Positions 41,474-59,648 of a DNA stretch of 64,000 nucleotides are shown piece by piece. Below the pieces are notes generated by a model, which made no database searches, was not told where the DNA came from, and worked only from the letters and a program-made list of their open reading frames with translations. The DNA lies in assembly GCA_965112735.1 (NCBI GenBank), contig OZ218963.1, forward strand, positions 1,922,001-1,986,000. The letters run 5' to 3'. The DNA comes from Phaeosaccion multiseriatum (Eukaryota > Protista > Ochrophyta, other classes). The first letter of the stretch is position 1. Each line of letters begins with the position of its first letter. Position numbers and translations under genes: made by a program.

Positions 41474-41818
41474 GGTCATAGAAATGGGACATTATTTTTT
41501 CGAAGGGCCAAAATCGAGGTTTCCGACCGTCATTTTTTTGCGTCCTTGGAGTGAGCATTAGAGCTCATTCTTGACTACACCTCCACGTGCGGATGATGCA
41601 ATCACTGGTCGCGTCGTCATTTGAGGGCGATGCAAAAAACAGGCTAATGTCATATTTTGTCGGCGCCTCACGCGACGAAGGCATCAGTGGATTGCATCAT
41701 CCACACGTGGAGACGTAGTTGAGAGTGAGCTCAAACTCCAATTCTAAGGACGAAAAAAATGACCGTCGGAAACCTCGATTCCGGCCCTTCAAAAAAATAA
41801 TGTCCCATTTCTATGACC
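41474..41818. mobile_element. Foldback element (GG..CC termini, TTAT/TTAA flanks; Kolobok-like) in a divergent promoter
   Basis: GGTCATAGAAATGGGACATTATTTTTT... / ...AAAAAATAATGTCCCATTTCTATGACC, with imperfect inverted arms of about 135 bp. Confidence 0.8.
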
Positions 41819-41872
41819 TTAACTGTATGACATTATCGAGGTTAGGGATAATAGAGTTGCACCTGTGGCGCG

Positions 41873-44577
41873 ATGAAGCTCCTCTTCTCGGCTGCTGCGG
41901 CGGCAACTCTTCTCGTGGCTCATGAGGTGCAAGTAGTGCTCGGTTTCTCCCTCGGCGGCAGGAGCAGCAGCATTGGAGGCATCCCCAAAAGGAGCGATAG
42001 TAGCAATGGCAGGAGGGAGGGGGCGAACAACCGCAACACCGTTAGCAGCAGCAGCAGATTCCGGCCACGGAAGGGACGCCAATGTATGAGCATGAGCACG
42101 GGCGCATCATCTGAGCATGACATCCTCCTTCGAGTTGCGAAAGGGGAACAGGCAGAGAGGACTCCTGTGTGGCTCATGCGACAGGCGGGAAGGTAGGTAG
42201 GCATGGCGGGGGAGGTTTTTGCAGGTCCGCCAAGCCACTAAAGACTAGCTCAAACCCTCTTTGTGCCTCTACGCTCTCGCTTTCTCTCTGTGTGTAGGTA
42301 CATGGCCGACTTTCGAAAGTTCAGCGACAAATACCCTTTCCGACACCGCAGCGAGACGCCCGAGATTGCCGTGGAGCTGTCTTTGCAGTGCTGGAAGAAG
42401 TTCGGAATGGACGGTACGTTCCCTGGCTAAGGGACTGCGGGCTGGGTGGCTGGGGGCCTAAATTGAGGTTCATGTTGTCACCATTCCCTCCTTCCCTCCT
42501 TTGTAACAAAAGTATGCAAACGGGAGAGTGATGAAGTATAGGAGCGGTATCCTTCCTGATCCCGCTGGCCTCTGCACGTCTCTCTTCACATCGCTGCCCC
42601 CTCACTGTATGTGCACGTTAGGCGTCATCATGTTCAGCGATATCCTGACGCCTCTACCGGCCATGGGAATCGACTTCGATGTGGTGAAGGGGAAGGGGCC
42701 TGTGATTCCCAGCCCCATCAGGACGGCCAAGGACATTTCGGACGTCCGAATCATGGATGCAGGCAGCATTGACGATATGCTGCCCTTCGTCGGCAAGACT
42801 CTGCAAGAGCTCAGGAAGGAGACGGACGGAAAGTCCACCCTGCTTGGTGAGTCAAGCTCGCACCGCACGAGTCACTGTCAGTGTCATACAACAGACCCCC
42901 CCTCGCATTCGTCCCTTCTACCCTCTTCGCTCCCTTGAAATGCCCATTGAGATTATGTGCCGAGCCCCCCTCTTTGTATTCACCATCCTGTTGGATCGCT
43001 CTCGCTCTCCTGTTGCCAACACCTATCCCATCGGGATGGGTTGATCAGGCTTTGTGGGATCTCCATGGACTCTCGCAGCGTACGCCATCGAGGGCGGATC
43101 GAGCAAGCACGCGCTATACACCAAAGAGCTCATGATGTACCAGCCTGACGTCTTCAAGGTGAGGAGACGTTTTTCATGGCGTTGTATTGGCATGCATGCA
43201 GGGTCTGTCGTGGGCCTGTTTGAGAAGCGTCGTCTGTGGCCGACCTGTTTGTTGACTTCAGTACCCGTACAACAAAAGCCTGTGGGTACTACGGTATGCA
43301 GGGGAAAGAACGACATGCCAATCGTCACGCAGCTTGTTGCCTCGGCTTGCCTCCTCCATCCAAGGCAGAATATAGTTGTTGATTGTTGTTGTTGTGGGGC
43401 TTCTTCTCACATCTTCTTCGTGTGTGTATGTGTGTCTACCGGCTGACTACGGATAGGAGCTAATGGACAAGCTGGCGCTGAGCATCGGAGAGTACGCCTG
43501 CTATCAGATACGCATGGGGGCGCAGGTGATCCAGTTCTTTGAGAGCTGGGCACACCAAATGACGCCCATGCAGTTTGAGCGTTTCGCCAAGCCGTATGCA
43601 AACAAAGGTAACGGAGGGAAGAGAGAGAGAGAGAGAGATGGAGGGGGAAGGGGGAGGGGGGATATCACACTATGCGAGCCGGACTGGCAAAGTCCTCAGC
43701 CGTGTCTTGATCGTTTGGATTGTGGGGAACATCGGCAGGCGTACGCGTCCTTAAATGCTCTCCTCCTCTCTCCCTCTTCCCTCTCTCTGTATACCTTTGT
43801 CTCCGCAGCCATGGCTTACGTCAAGGCCCGATACCCAGACACGCCTGTCATCTTCTTTGCCAATGGCGGCAGCAGCTACCTCCACCTTCAAACGGACATG
43901 GCAGCTGATATGATCAGGTGTGTAGTTCGCATATGTATACACACACTTAATTGGGCCCCAATGGCCTCTGGGGATGCACGCAAATCACCCCAGTGTGCTG
44001 CTAATTTGTACGCACGGAGGGAGCACGCACGCGTCTCCGGACCGACTCCAAACACCAACCAATACCCAACGCTCCCTTTCCCCTCTTCCTTCGCCCCGCC
44101 CCGCTCCGGCCCTTCCTCACGCAGTCTCGATCAGTACGTGGACATGGCCGAGGCCCGGCATCAGCTCGGTGCGCACATTCCCGTGTCCGGAAACTTGGAC
44201 CCCCTGGTGCTCATGGGGCCCGAGGAGGGCATTCGGGAGGCTGTCAGAGAGTGCGTTGTCAAGGGCGGGGGGCAGGGCCATATCCTCAACCTCGGCCATG
44301 GAGTCATTCAGGTGAGCCCCCCCCTCCTTCACTCTTCAGTGCTTTCTTGCCTGCTTCCTTCTCCTTGCCTCTCTCCCTCCGTTGCTGCCTTCCTTTTCCT
44401 TCTCTCGTGCGTTTCATCTCACGCCCCCTCCCCTCTTCTTTTCGCGTCTTCCCGCAGCAAACACCGGAAGAGGCGGTGGGCATCTTGGTGGACGCGTGCA
44501 AAGAGCTGCGTCTAGATGGACTGCGGGGCGAAATGGCTTCACTACAAGAAGCGGGAGTCCAAGTAGATGGGAAATGA
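41873..44577 (+). CDS. hemE: Uroporphyrinogen decarboxylase, probably plastid-targeted; multi-exon
   Basis: [84 protein letters not shown]; N-terminal signal peptide (VLG-FSL). Confidence 0.95.
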
Positions 44578-44850
44578 GAAATGAGTGGGGAGAGTTTTTT
44601 TTCCTTCCTTCTCTATTTTTACTTCGACTTTTTAGAGAGTAGAGTTTATATCAGTCCAGAATATACTTGTTCTCGACACGAGGGAGAGCGCACACCGTAA
44701 TTGAACCCTCTGCTCTTTGCTCACCTACATCGCTTCAGCAAAAAAAAAAAAAAAATAAAAAAAAATCATTCGGGTTTTTCTTTCGATACGTTCGACAAAA
44801 TGTCGATACTTGGTGAATTTGGTACATGGGAAGGGAGAAGACAGAAAAAA

Positions 44851-46643
44851 ATGAGCTCCTTTCCGGCCCCAGCGGGAGCAGCAGGAGCAGCTGCTGTTGC
44901 TGCAGCTGCGGCAGGAATTTCCCCCAATGCCCGGCCGCAGGGAGTCGCAGGAGGGCCAGGGGGAGCAGTAGGAGAGGCAGCCGGGCCAGAGCAGATTGAA
45001 GATTTGTACCCCCTCGTTCTGCAGCTGACCAATCCCGAGCAAAGAGAAGGCGCCTTGCTGGAGCTAAGCAAGAGGAGGGAAGCCTTCACTGACCTCGCAC
45101 CAATACTCTGGCACAGCTTTGGTGAGTTGGAAGAAGGCTAGGTGGACGAAGCTCGCATACCCATCCCCAACCCCCACCGCCCTCCGCCGACCTCTCCCTC
45201 CTCAGGCACAGTCAGCACGCTGCTCCAGGAAATTGTGGCCATCTACCCGATGCTGTCCCCGCCAACACTCACCCCTCACGCAAGCAACCGCGTGTGTAAT
45301 GCTCTGGCGCTGCTGCAGTGTGTCGCGAGTCACCCAGAAACGAGAGGCCTCTTTTTGAACGCGCACGTGCCTCTCTACCTCTATCCTTTCCTCAACACCG
45401 TTAGCAAGAATAGGCCGTTTGAGTACCTGCGCCTGACGAGCTTGGGCGTCATTGGCGCGCTCGTCAAGATGGACGATAGGTGAGCAGTGTGAGTTGCGCC
45501 TGTAGCGGCCTTTTTGCTTCTCAAGATTGCGCTCATGGTGATTGAATGGGGTTTGCCTGAGTGCGAGTGATTGCTTGGGATGTCTTGTATCCAAGAAAGA
45601 GGAGCACCAGCTGGTGCTCCTCTTCTACGTGGTGGTTGTTCCTTGCTCTTCCCTGCCCTGCGTCTGTACATGGATCCTTACCTGCCCATGCGACTCTAGA
45701 ATGAGGATTCGCACAAGCCCTGCGTTCCCCTCCCGCTGGCTTGTCCCATGCAAAGTACCTAAATGTCATCCCCCCCTCGGCCTTCCCCCATCTCGCAGTG
45801 GTGTCATCAACTTCTTGCTGCAAACAGAAATCATACCTCTCTGCTTACGCATAATGGAAACGGGCAGCGAACTGAGCAAGACAGTGGCTACGTTTATCGT
45901 GCAAAAAATATTGCTCGACGAAATGGGCTTGAATTACATTTGTGCCACCGCAGGTGAGAACAACATCATGGTACCCTTCGCACCCTGTTAATCTTTACCC
46001 GAAACCGCCGCGCATCTCCTCTTCTCTCTTCTCAATATCTCTCTCTCTCTCCCCTCTTTCTGTAAGGGAATCTTTCGTTCATCCTCTCACCTCTCCTCCT
46101 CCTCCTCCTCCTCCTCCTCCTCCTCCTTTCTCCCACTCTTTCTCTTCTTCTGCCTGCTGTCCTCAGAGCGTTTCTACGCAGTCAGCACTGTGCTGAGCAA
46201 CATGGTGGCCGTGCTTGTCGAGTCTCCGAGTGTGCGCCTGTTAAAGCACATCGTACGCTGGTAAGTGTGTCGTTAGAAGGGTGTGTGTGCAACCTAGAGT
46301 CTGGAAGAAGTGGTTTGATCATTTCACCCGTGGGCAGTTGGGGCGGCACATTTCACCAGGAGCCGACTTGGGGCAAGCGAACTGCCCTTCCTTCTTACGA
46401 GTCCGCTTTACGCATCATGTCTGTCCTTCACCCTTCACTGCTTGCCTTCTGGCCGCTGGTCCTTCACTCTCGCGCAGCTACCTGCGGTTGTCTGACAACC
46501 TGCGGGCACGGGAGGCCCTGAAGCAGTGTCTACCCGAAGCCTTGAGGGACCACACCTTTGCGACCGTGCTCAAGGATGACATTGCCGTGAAGCGGTGGTT
46601 CTCGCAGCTGCTCATCAATATTACACCAGAGAACTCCGCTTAG
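44851..46643 (+). CDS. CNOT9: CCR4-NOT subunit 9 (Rcd1/Caf40); multi-exon
   Basis: [100 protein letters not shown]. Confidence 0.97.
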
Positions 46644-47420
46644 CTTAGCTTTGCCCGCCACCAGTGAGGCCTATCGAGAGGGAGGAAGGACGTGGTTGGT
46701 ACAAACATGCAGCTCTCCTCCCACCCGTCCCCAAGTCCCCAAATGTACATCCATCTGTTCAGAATCCTTCTTATGTTTTCATCTTACTCTAGTATCTATT
46801 GCCCTGCCCGGCGTTACTGCCCTGCCCGACCCTTGAAGGCGTCGTCTGTACCCTCTTCTCTCTTCCCCCTTTTGGAGTTGACAAACATTACCAAGTAAAA
46901 ACGGACGGACTAAAGCCACCGAACGCTTAAAAGGTTCTAATACGGAGACGCAAACACAGGTGCTTGTCCCCTCTTTGCAGCTGAAGAAGACAGTCAGTCA
47001 ATCTAAGGGCATGACTTTCCAGAGGTTGCCGAGGAGATTGAGACCCGCACTCAAGCTCAGGGCCACCGCCGGCACGATGGGGATATCTGGAAACGCCTCG
47101 AACCACCCTGTTGTGTGTGTGTGTGTGTGTGTGTGTGTATGATTTTCGTCGTGAGTTACGACAAAACAGAGCAAAGGGACGCAGATCTGCATCAGGAGAT
47201 GCGCTCGACTACAGCGCTACTATGAGCAGGTCAGATTGCGGAGAGATGCATGCCATAATAGAACGACCCCTCCGTCATTGGACATTCTGTGCTGGACCGT
47301 TGGGTCAGACTGCGGCTTATCTCTATCCCAGGACTGGCCCCAGCACTGGCCCAGATCCCCCACAGACAGTGAGCCAGCCGCCTCCCCCTTCCGCGCTCTG
47401 TTCTTCAGACTCCTACGTGT

Positions 47421-48615
47421 TCATGCCCTCTGCTGCTTACCTCCTCCTGCCTCCTTGTCCGGGAAATACGTTTCAAAAAAGTGAATGGACGTGAGCGTCC
47501 CTAAGCCCGACACGACGTGCCAGAGCATGTGATAAAAGTCGTAGTCAGGGTTGCTCGTGCGATGCATACAACCGTTGGCACCGCACGTGATGACGCCGGG
47601 CATGCCGCACGCGACAATGAAGTATATGGCTGTTGGGCCCCCGATGAGCACGACAAGCGCGTACCACCAAATGCTGTGAGCGATGGCCAGCACAAGACTC
47701 CAAACCGTGGTGAAAAGGAGCGACTGGGGAATAGAAGAAAGGGAAGAAAGCAAGTAAGTGACACAGATGTTGTACATGGTGAAGTGGCGGGCGCAAAACT
47801 ACCTGAGCAAAGATGTTGTCCATATTGAAGCATGCCGTTTCTCTGGCGAGATGAAACGCCGTGCTGCCCCACGAGGTTGCCGCTTGCAGCACCGCAATGC
47901 TGTACTGATGTGCGTGTATACCGTAGATGGCGGGGAGGAAGTAAATGAAGCTTGTCCACACAAGCTTGTCTTCCAGGCCGCGGAAGGTCTCCTCCTCGTC
48001 CACACTCCGCGTCACGCTACCAGCGATGGCATCTCGTCTGAGACGAGCCAACACCGGTGATCGCGGGCCATTCACCAGTGAGACGGTCCACGTGCCAGGA
48101 TACAAGTTGCAACAAATAAGGAGGATGCTATGGGCCTGAGAAAAGAAATGGCACGGCTGCTCGACAAACACGCTCTCATCACCGCACCTGTACTTTGACA
48201 TCTTGACAAGGTAGGGCCAAGCTGAATAGAAGACTCCCGCGATGGCTGATAGGCGCCCGGCGAACACCCACCCTCCCTTCATCAGCAGCACAGACTCTAC
48301 CAGCACGAAGAGCTGAACGAGCACACGAAGATACTTCACCCCCACCGTGGTGATGCAAGTGGCTTCTGCTGTCTCGGGGCCGCAACCCTCATGTGTGTCC
48401 CTCGCACCCTCGCTGGTGCTAGTACTGGTGCTGGTGCTGGTGCTACTGCCGTTACCTGGCTTCTCTTCCTGCTCCTCCTGACGTTGCTTGGTTGATGAGT
48501 TTGGTCTCCTCCCATGGTTGCTGCTGGCACTCCACAAGAGATAGTCAGTGGAGAGAATCGCCGCCACGACTACAAGCAAACGCCACAGACTCTCTTCGGT
48601 GAGCAATACAAGCAT
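47421..48615 (-). CDS. Multi-TM protein with CREST-superfamily-like metal-binding motifs (SxxxH ... HxxWH); extra 5' exon(s) to about 49057 are possible
   Basis: WTSFIYFLPAIYG, SWGSTAFH, FNMDNIFA and YDFYHMLWHVVSG, with hydrophobic segments and an intron at about 47727-47802. Confidence 0.6.
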
Positions 48616-49688
48616 CAAAGACCATCCGTAGGGGGGAAAAAGAGGGGAGGGTAGAGGATTATATATTACACTCTTAAGTGCCAGTGAGTGTAGAGGGTGG
48701 AAAGGGGAGAGAATAATGAATGAAGAGGAATCAAGAGGGGTGAGGATGATTGTATATATTACACCCTTACAAGGTGGTGCTTCGGGCTGCGCCCTCGGCA
48801 GGGAGGAGGAGGAGAGAAGAGGGTTGGAGTTGGCAAGAAGTGGGAGAAGGGAGAGTGGAGGATAGGAAGGTGAAAGGGGGAGGGGAGGGGCAAAAGTAGG
48901 AGGACTCACAAATGGCGAGTGCAGGATGTGGGAGGAGGAGGAGGAGGAGGAGGAGGAGGAGGTTAGTCTGGCTGCGATGCGATGCGTCTCCAGATGACGG
49001 TCTGGCTGGCTGCGGTGCGTCTCCGGACTTGAGCTGGTGGGCCTGCAGGTAATCCATGCAGGAAATCGGCTGCCGCGTGGAGGAAATGGGTGGGAAGGCG
49101 AAAGACTCGAAGTGTGCAGGAGAGAAGATAGAGGAGGGGAAGGAGAAGAGGTGACTTTAGAGAAGACAGACGAAGAGAATTAAGGGGCGGAAAGAGAATA
49201 AAAAAAAAAATAAAAAATAGGCACAGCGTGTGTGCTGGCCAGAAAGTGCCAGCGGGTGAAAAGTCATCTTCAAGCGGATTTTCCCGCACGAAGGGGGCGC
49301 CCAGCGTGCTGGGCGAGGTACCGGGGAGCCTGTACTACAGGAAAACAGTGGGGAGCCGTTCCGGAGGAAAATCGTAGAGTCATATGGTTAGAGCGCTGAG
49401 CGTGCAGCATTTTGGCACATTTGGAGGCGTACGGGTAAAAGAAATGTTATATATGTCTAAGTGCCATCTATGGTTGTCTAAAAGTAATGTCTCACCGCCC
49501 CGGGGAACTTAGCCCTCGAGGTCGTGTGGATGAGAGGGATTTGGCGACGATCGTGCACCAACTCCTCAATATGATGTTTGGCCTGGTGGTACATACGTAT
49601 ACGTACATACACAAATATTTCATATTTCAATTGAAATATTTGAACGCGTTGGTTGCACGTCGGCTCCAAAATGTCGGGTGGTGGAGAA

Positions 49689-49812
49689 TCGACCCCTGAC
49701 GCACTATCCGCTATCCGCTATCGCCGGCGCCAGCCGATCCGCTATCCGCTATCGGCCGGCCGCGCTGTCGAGAATGTGGGCGATAGTGCGTGCGTGCGTC
49801 GTCAGGGGTCGA
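49689..49812. mobile_element. MITE, TCGRC family, with 6-bp TSD GGAGAA
   Basis: GGAGAA|TCGACCCCTGACG ... CGTCAGGGGTCGA|GGAGAA, with internal CTATCCG repeats around CCGGCGCCAGCCG. Confidence 0.9.
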
Positions 49813-50093
49813 GGAGAAGCCAAAGTAAATGGGTGAGCTCTGTGAGTAACCAATTTTTGAAGGAAACAGGCGCTTATGTAGAAACTTAACTAGTACTGTA
49901 TGCCCAAGGGCAAAGCTAAAGTGCGATGGCATGCTGTGTGGCACGAGTGAAAAAAGTAAAAAAGGTGCCTGTTACGATGTGTACCTATGCCCAAGGGCAG
50001 AAGCTAACGATACAAATGTACATGACTTGGACAAAAGCCGAGAACAAAAGCCAGATCAAAATGATAAACCGCGCGAAAATGGACGCAGCGCTC

Positions 50094-52489
50094 TCATGAT
50101 CCTGCCCTCCATGGCTCCTCGCTAGGAGTTTTGGATTCAGAGATGTCAACTGTGCACTCCCTCGACCGTCTGAATTCAGGCGGGATCATCCGGCTGAGGC
50201 CCGTGTGATTTGCCACGGGAAAGACGGGTGCCCTACACGGAGAGATACGAGCAATGGAATACACGACATCGCCGAGCTCGTCGCCTTCGTCATCACACCC
50301 CATGTCCCCCTGAGACTGAGCGAAACGAGGCTTGAGAGGGGGGTCTTCCTCGAATGGCCCACTGCTCACCCTGTCACCAGCTGTGCGGCGGTACACCGAA
50401 GGAGAGCGTGCCATCATGTTGCTGAAGGCCTGCGTGAAATTTGGCATGTCACTGCTGAAGTTCTGCGTGATTCGTGGCATGTCCAGAGCCTTGGGGCGGT
50501 CCCTCCTTCGCCGCTTCAGTCCCATCGCCGCACAGCAGCACAATGCCAGGAAGCCGAGCACGGAAGACGTGGTGATGATCATGATACTGTTGGATCCTAA
50601 CCCGTCCTTGTCGCTGCGGGTGAGTTGCGATGGTGCGTCAGCAGCCCCCTTGAGACACGAAGCGGCCGTGGTTGACAGCCCGACAAAGTCGCTGCTCCTG
50701 TTTACGCTTCCATCACCATTGCTGTCTGCCTGGTTTGCAGCCCCCCCGTCCTCTCCATCGTCAGCAGTAGCGCTCACTGAAGTTCGGGCGCAGTCCACCA
50801 CGGCGAGGGTGCCTCCCTCATTGTGCACTGCTGCCCCTTGCCCTGCCTCGTTGTCGCTAAACCACGGCAGCGTGGCAAAAGTGGCCTCTGCACCCGACGT
50901 GACGAACATTGCTCCTCCGGTTCCCGCCGTGTTCCTGACAAACTCACAGTCACCCAGGGCCTGGAACGAAGCCTCGCCCGTGCTGTAACCGCTGTGATAC
51001 ACAGCTCCGCCCCTGCCACTCGTCGCACCGTCTTGACCCCCCGTGGCTTCGTTGCCCGTGAATGTGGCACCGTCACCACAAAAGACGCTTGCGCCACCGA
51101 ACGATAGAATGGCTCCACCGTCCGCTGCGGTGCTGTCTTCAAAAGTAGCTCTCTCGTTGAAGCTTGTGGACGCGCCGGAAGCAAAGAGTGCACCGCCCCC
51201 GCCGCCAGCCTTATTCCCGCGGAACGAGCTTGCACCGTCAAAGCGCAGCACCTCAGAGCTGCTGGCTGGGCCGGAGCCGGAGGTGTATATGGCGCCTCCA
51301 TCTCTCTCTGCCGTACTCCCTTCAAATACGGCCGTTGAGGTGAAGACGGTTGTGGAAGTGGGGCCCAGCCAAAGCGAGCCTCCATCGGCACCCCCCGAGT
51401 TGGATGCAAAGACTGCAGGCTCTGAGAACGATATGACCCCGCCGTCAAAGCTCATAATGGCACCCCCATCTTGTGCTACGTTGTCCTCGAAGCTTGAAGA
51501 CCCCTCAAAGCGCGCTTCCCCCTGGACATTGTACAGAGCACCTCCACCCAATCCCGCCTCGTTGCTCTCGAACAAGGCCGACCCACCAAAGGTCAGTCCT
51601 GAGGACGCCAAGTTGAACACAGCTCCCCCGCTGTCGCTGGCAGAGTTGCCCTCAAAGACTGCCCGTTCAGAAAACAGCAGCTCACTTTCTGCTCCCGATT
51701 GGTACACAGCGCCGCCATCGTCTTCGGCAGAGTTGTTCGAGAACGTGGCTTCCCCGCCGAATATCACTTGACCACTGTTGAGGGTGTACAGCGCGCCACC
51801 ATCCATACCGGCGGCATTCCCTCGGAAATTTACAGGCACCGAGAAGCGGAGTGTACCCTCATTGTAGATGGCTCCCCCGTTCTGTGCGTGAGAATCCATG
51901 AGAGGAGGGAGACACGGGGCCAGGCTGAATGTCTTGCGGATACGAAGACAAATCCCAGACCCAATTTATGTTGGTAGATCGAGACGGTGACTGCATCAGC
52001 GGACAAAGACTAGAATCGAGAGACCCAAGAGCCATGGAAATGTAGCGCACTCACCTCGCCATGGACGTTCTCAAAGTCGACAATCTCCAAGCCTGCAAAC
52101 TCGACGACTCCATGGTTTTCCAAGGCACTGCCGGATGCCCCGTCTCCCTTCGCCGTGCCTAGTCCATCGAACACCAGGGAGGCGGGTGTGCTTGTCGGGC
52201 TGATGATCGTCAACTCGGCGCCTTCCTCTACTACGAACCCAACCTGCGTGAGGGTAATGGGCGCCTCGTCGCTCGACGGATCGACCACCACTGTCAGAGG
52301 AGATCCAACGCGGATTATGATCCAGCCATCGGACTCACAACGGATACTGTTTGTGAGGGTAATCTGCGAGACGGTGGACCCCGACAGCGAGGTTAGATCC
52401 CTACAGCTCGCGACTGCGATCCCTGCCGCCAGCTGTAGCAGTCCCAGAAGCACCAAGAAAACCCCCAAGCACCGGGCATAGCAGCCCAT
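50094..52489 (-). CDS. Type I membrane protein with polymorphic-membrane-protein (GGA[I/V/L]...FxxN) beta-helix repeats; adhesin-like
   Basis: Signal peptide, an intron at about 51882-52054, about 12 FxxN-x-A-xx-GGAI repeats, and a TM (IMIITTSSVLGFLALCCCAAMGL) followed by KRRRR and a cytosolic tail. Confidence 0.85.
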
Positions 52490-53248
52490 CGGAGCGCCGC
52501 GGTTTGTGTCAGCCCTCGTCGATATCCCTCGTCACTTCTTCTTTCTAGATATAGTGTCGATACCACCTATTTTCTAAATCGTAATCACGACTTTTCTGTC
52601 ATAACCACGACTTCTTTTTTACTTTTCCCACTATTTTCCCCTCCCCACCTTTCCCCTCTCTGGTGGCAGGGTTGGTAGTAGTAGCAGCAGTTAAGCAAAG
52701 ACAGGTACATTCGTCCCCGCCAAGCAGCTGCAGCAGCAGGCAACCAGAGACGAAATGACATGGAGGAGAAGAGGTAGCTGGAGAAGGATATATGAGGATA
52801 GAACAACACCACCTGGGTGTCCTGAAGAGATTTCTGGCGCACAGGGCTCTGAGAATATCAGTGGAAAGGCCGCAGGAGCCCACGACGACGATGACATGGA
52901 TTGGGACGAACAAGAGACTTCTTTGATGCAAGCAAGCCGGTGCTCTGGCAGATGAAACCGCTGCGGCGGTACAACCAGCAATCGCTTCTAAACCAGGCAC
53001 TCAAGCGGCAGTGGAGACTGAGCTTGCGATAATCGCCAGAGCACATACAGTACAGAGTGATCATAAACATAAGAGATAATCATAGACCGGATTCCAACAC
53101 GTATAAATATCGTTGAGACTCCACGACTACACAACGATCCGCGGAAGACATGTGTATGTCAATGGGTCGCAACGTGGCCCTGTCACAGGCTGACAGCAGC
53201 GGGAGAGAAAGTATCTGAATCCAAAAAGAGACAAATAGGATCCATAGT

Positions 53249-59106
<5,858 letters not shown>

Positions 59107-59218
59107 ACAGACAGAGACAGAGACTTGAGTATACCATGACTCCCTCGCGGGACACCTTCCTCTTGATCTCTTGAGGGCGCAGAATTCATGTATTCGATAT
59201 CTATTTCATTACATGTAT

Positions 59219-59505
59219 TCGGCCCTGGAAGAGGTTACAGTATTCACCGACCATAATCAGTAATCAGGCCGGCTGGCGCCAATAATCAGTAATCAGGCCG
59301 GCTAGCGCCCGTCATAATCAGTAATCAGGCCGGCTGGCGCCGGTCATAATCAGTAATCAGACCCGGCTGGCGCCGGCCATAATCAGTAATCAGGCCCGGC
59401 TGGCGCCATAATCAGTAATCAGGCCGGCTGGCGCCGGCAGTAATCAGTAATCAGGCCGGCTGCGCCGGCCGTAATCAGTAATCTGATAACCTCTTCCAGG
59501 GCCGA
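59219..59505. mobile_element. MITE, TCGRC family (AATCAGTAATC subfamily)
   Basis: 19-bp TIR TCGGCCCTGGAAGAGGTTA / TAACCTCTTCCAGGGCCGA. Flanks ATGTAT / ATGTTT match at 5 of 6 positions. The interior is the reverse complement of the 23350-23830 repeats. Confidence 0.88.
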
Positions 59506-59648
59506 ATGTTTTTCAGCTGCATATATTCATTATGCGATAGATAACCAACACGCTCAAGCAGGCCATCTGTGAAGTAACGCCAAATTTTGCTTTGTTCGGC
59601 CGGCTCGCAAGCGAAAGTCGCATTGATGCCGCATTCAAGGGGAGAGGC

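Noticed and set aside
50094-52489. Recent HGT of a chlamydial Pmp autotransporter
   Set aside because: The gene has a spliceosomal intron, a signal peptide and a single TM, with no autotransporter barrel. Such repeat proteins are known in brown algae.
59253-59484. ATAATCAGTAATCAGGCCGG repeats as CRISPR or iterons
   Set aside because: The spacers are short variants of the same motif, and the array is the interior of a MITE.
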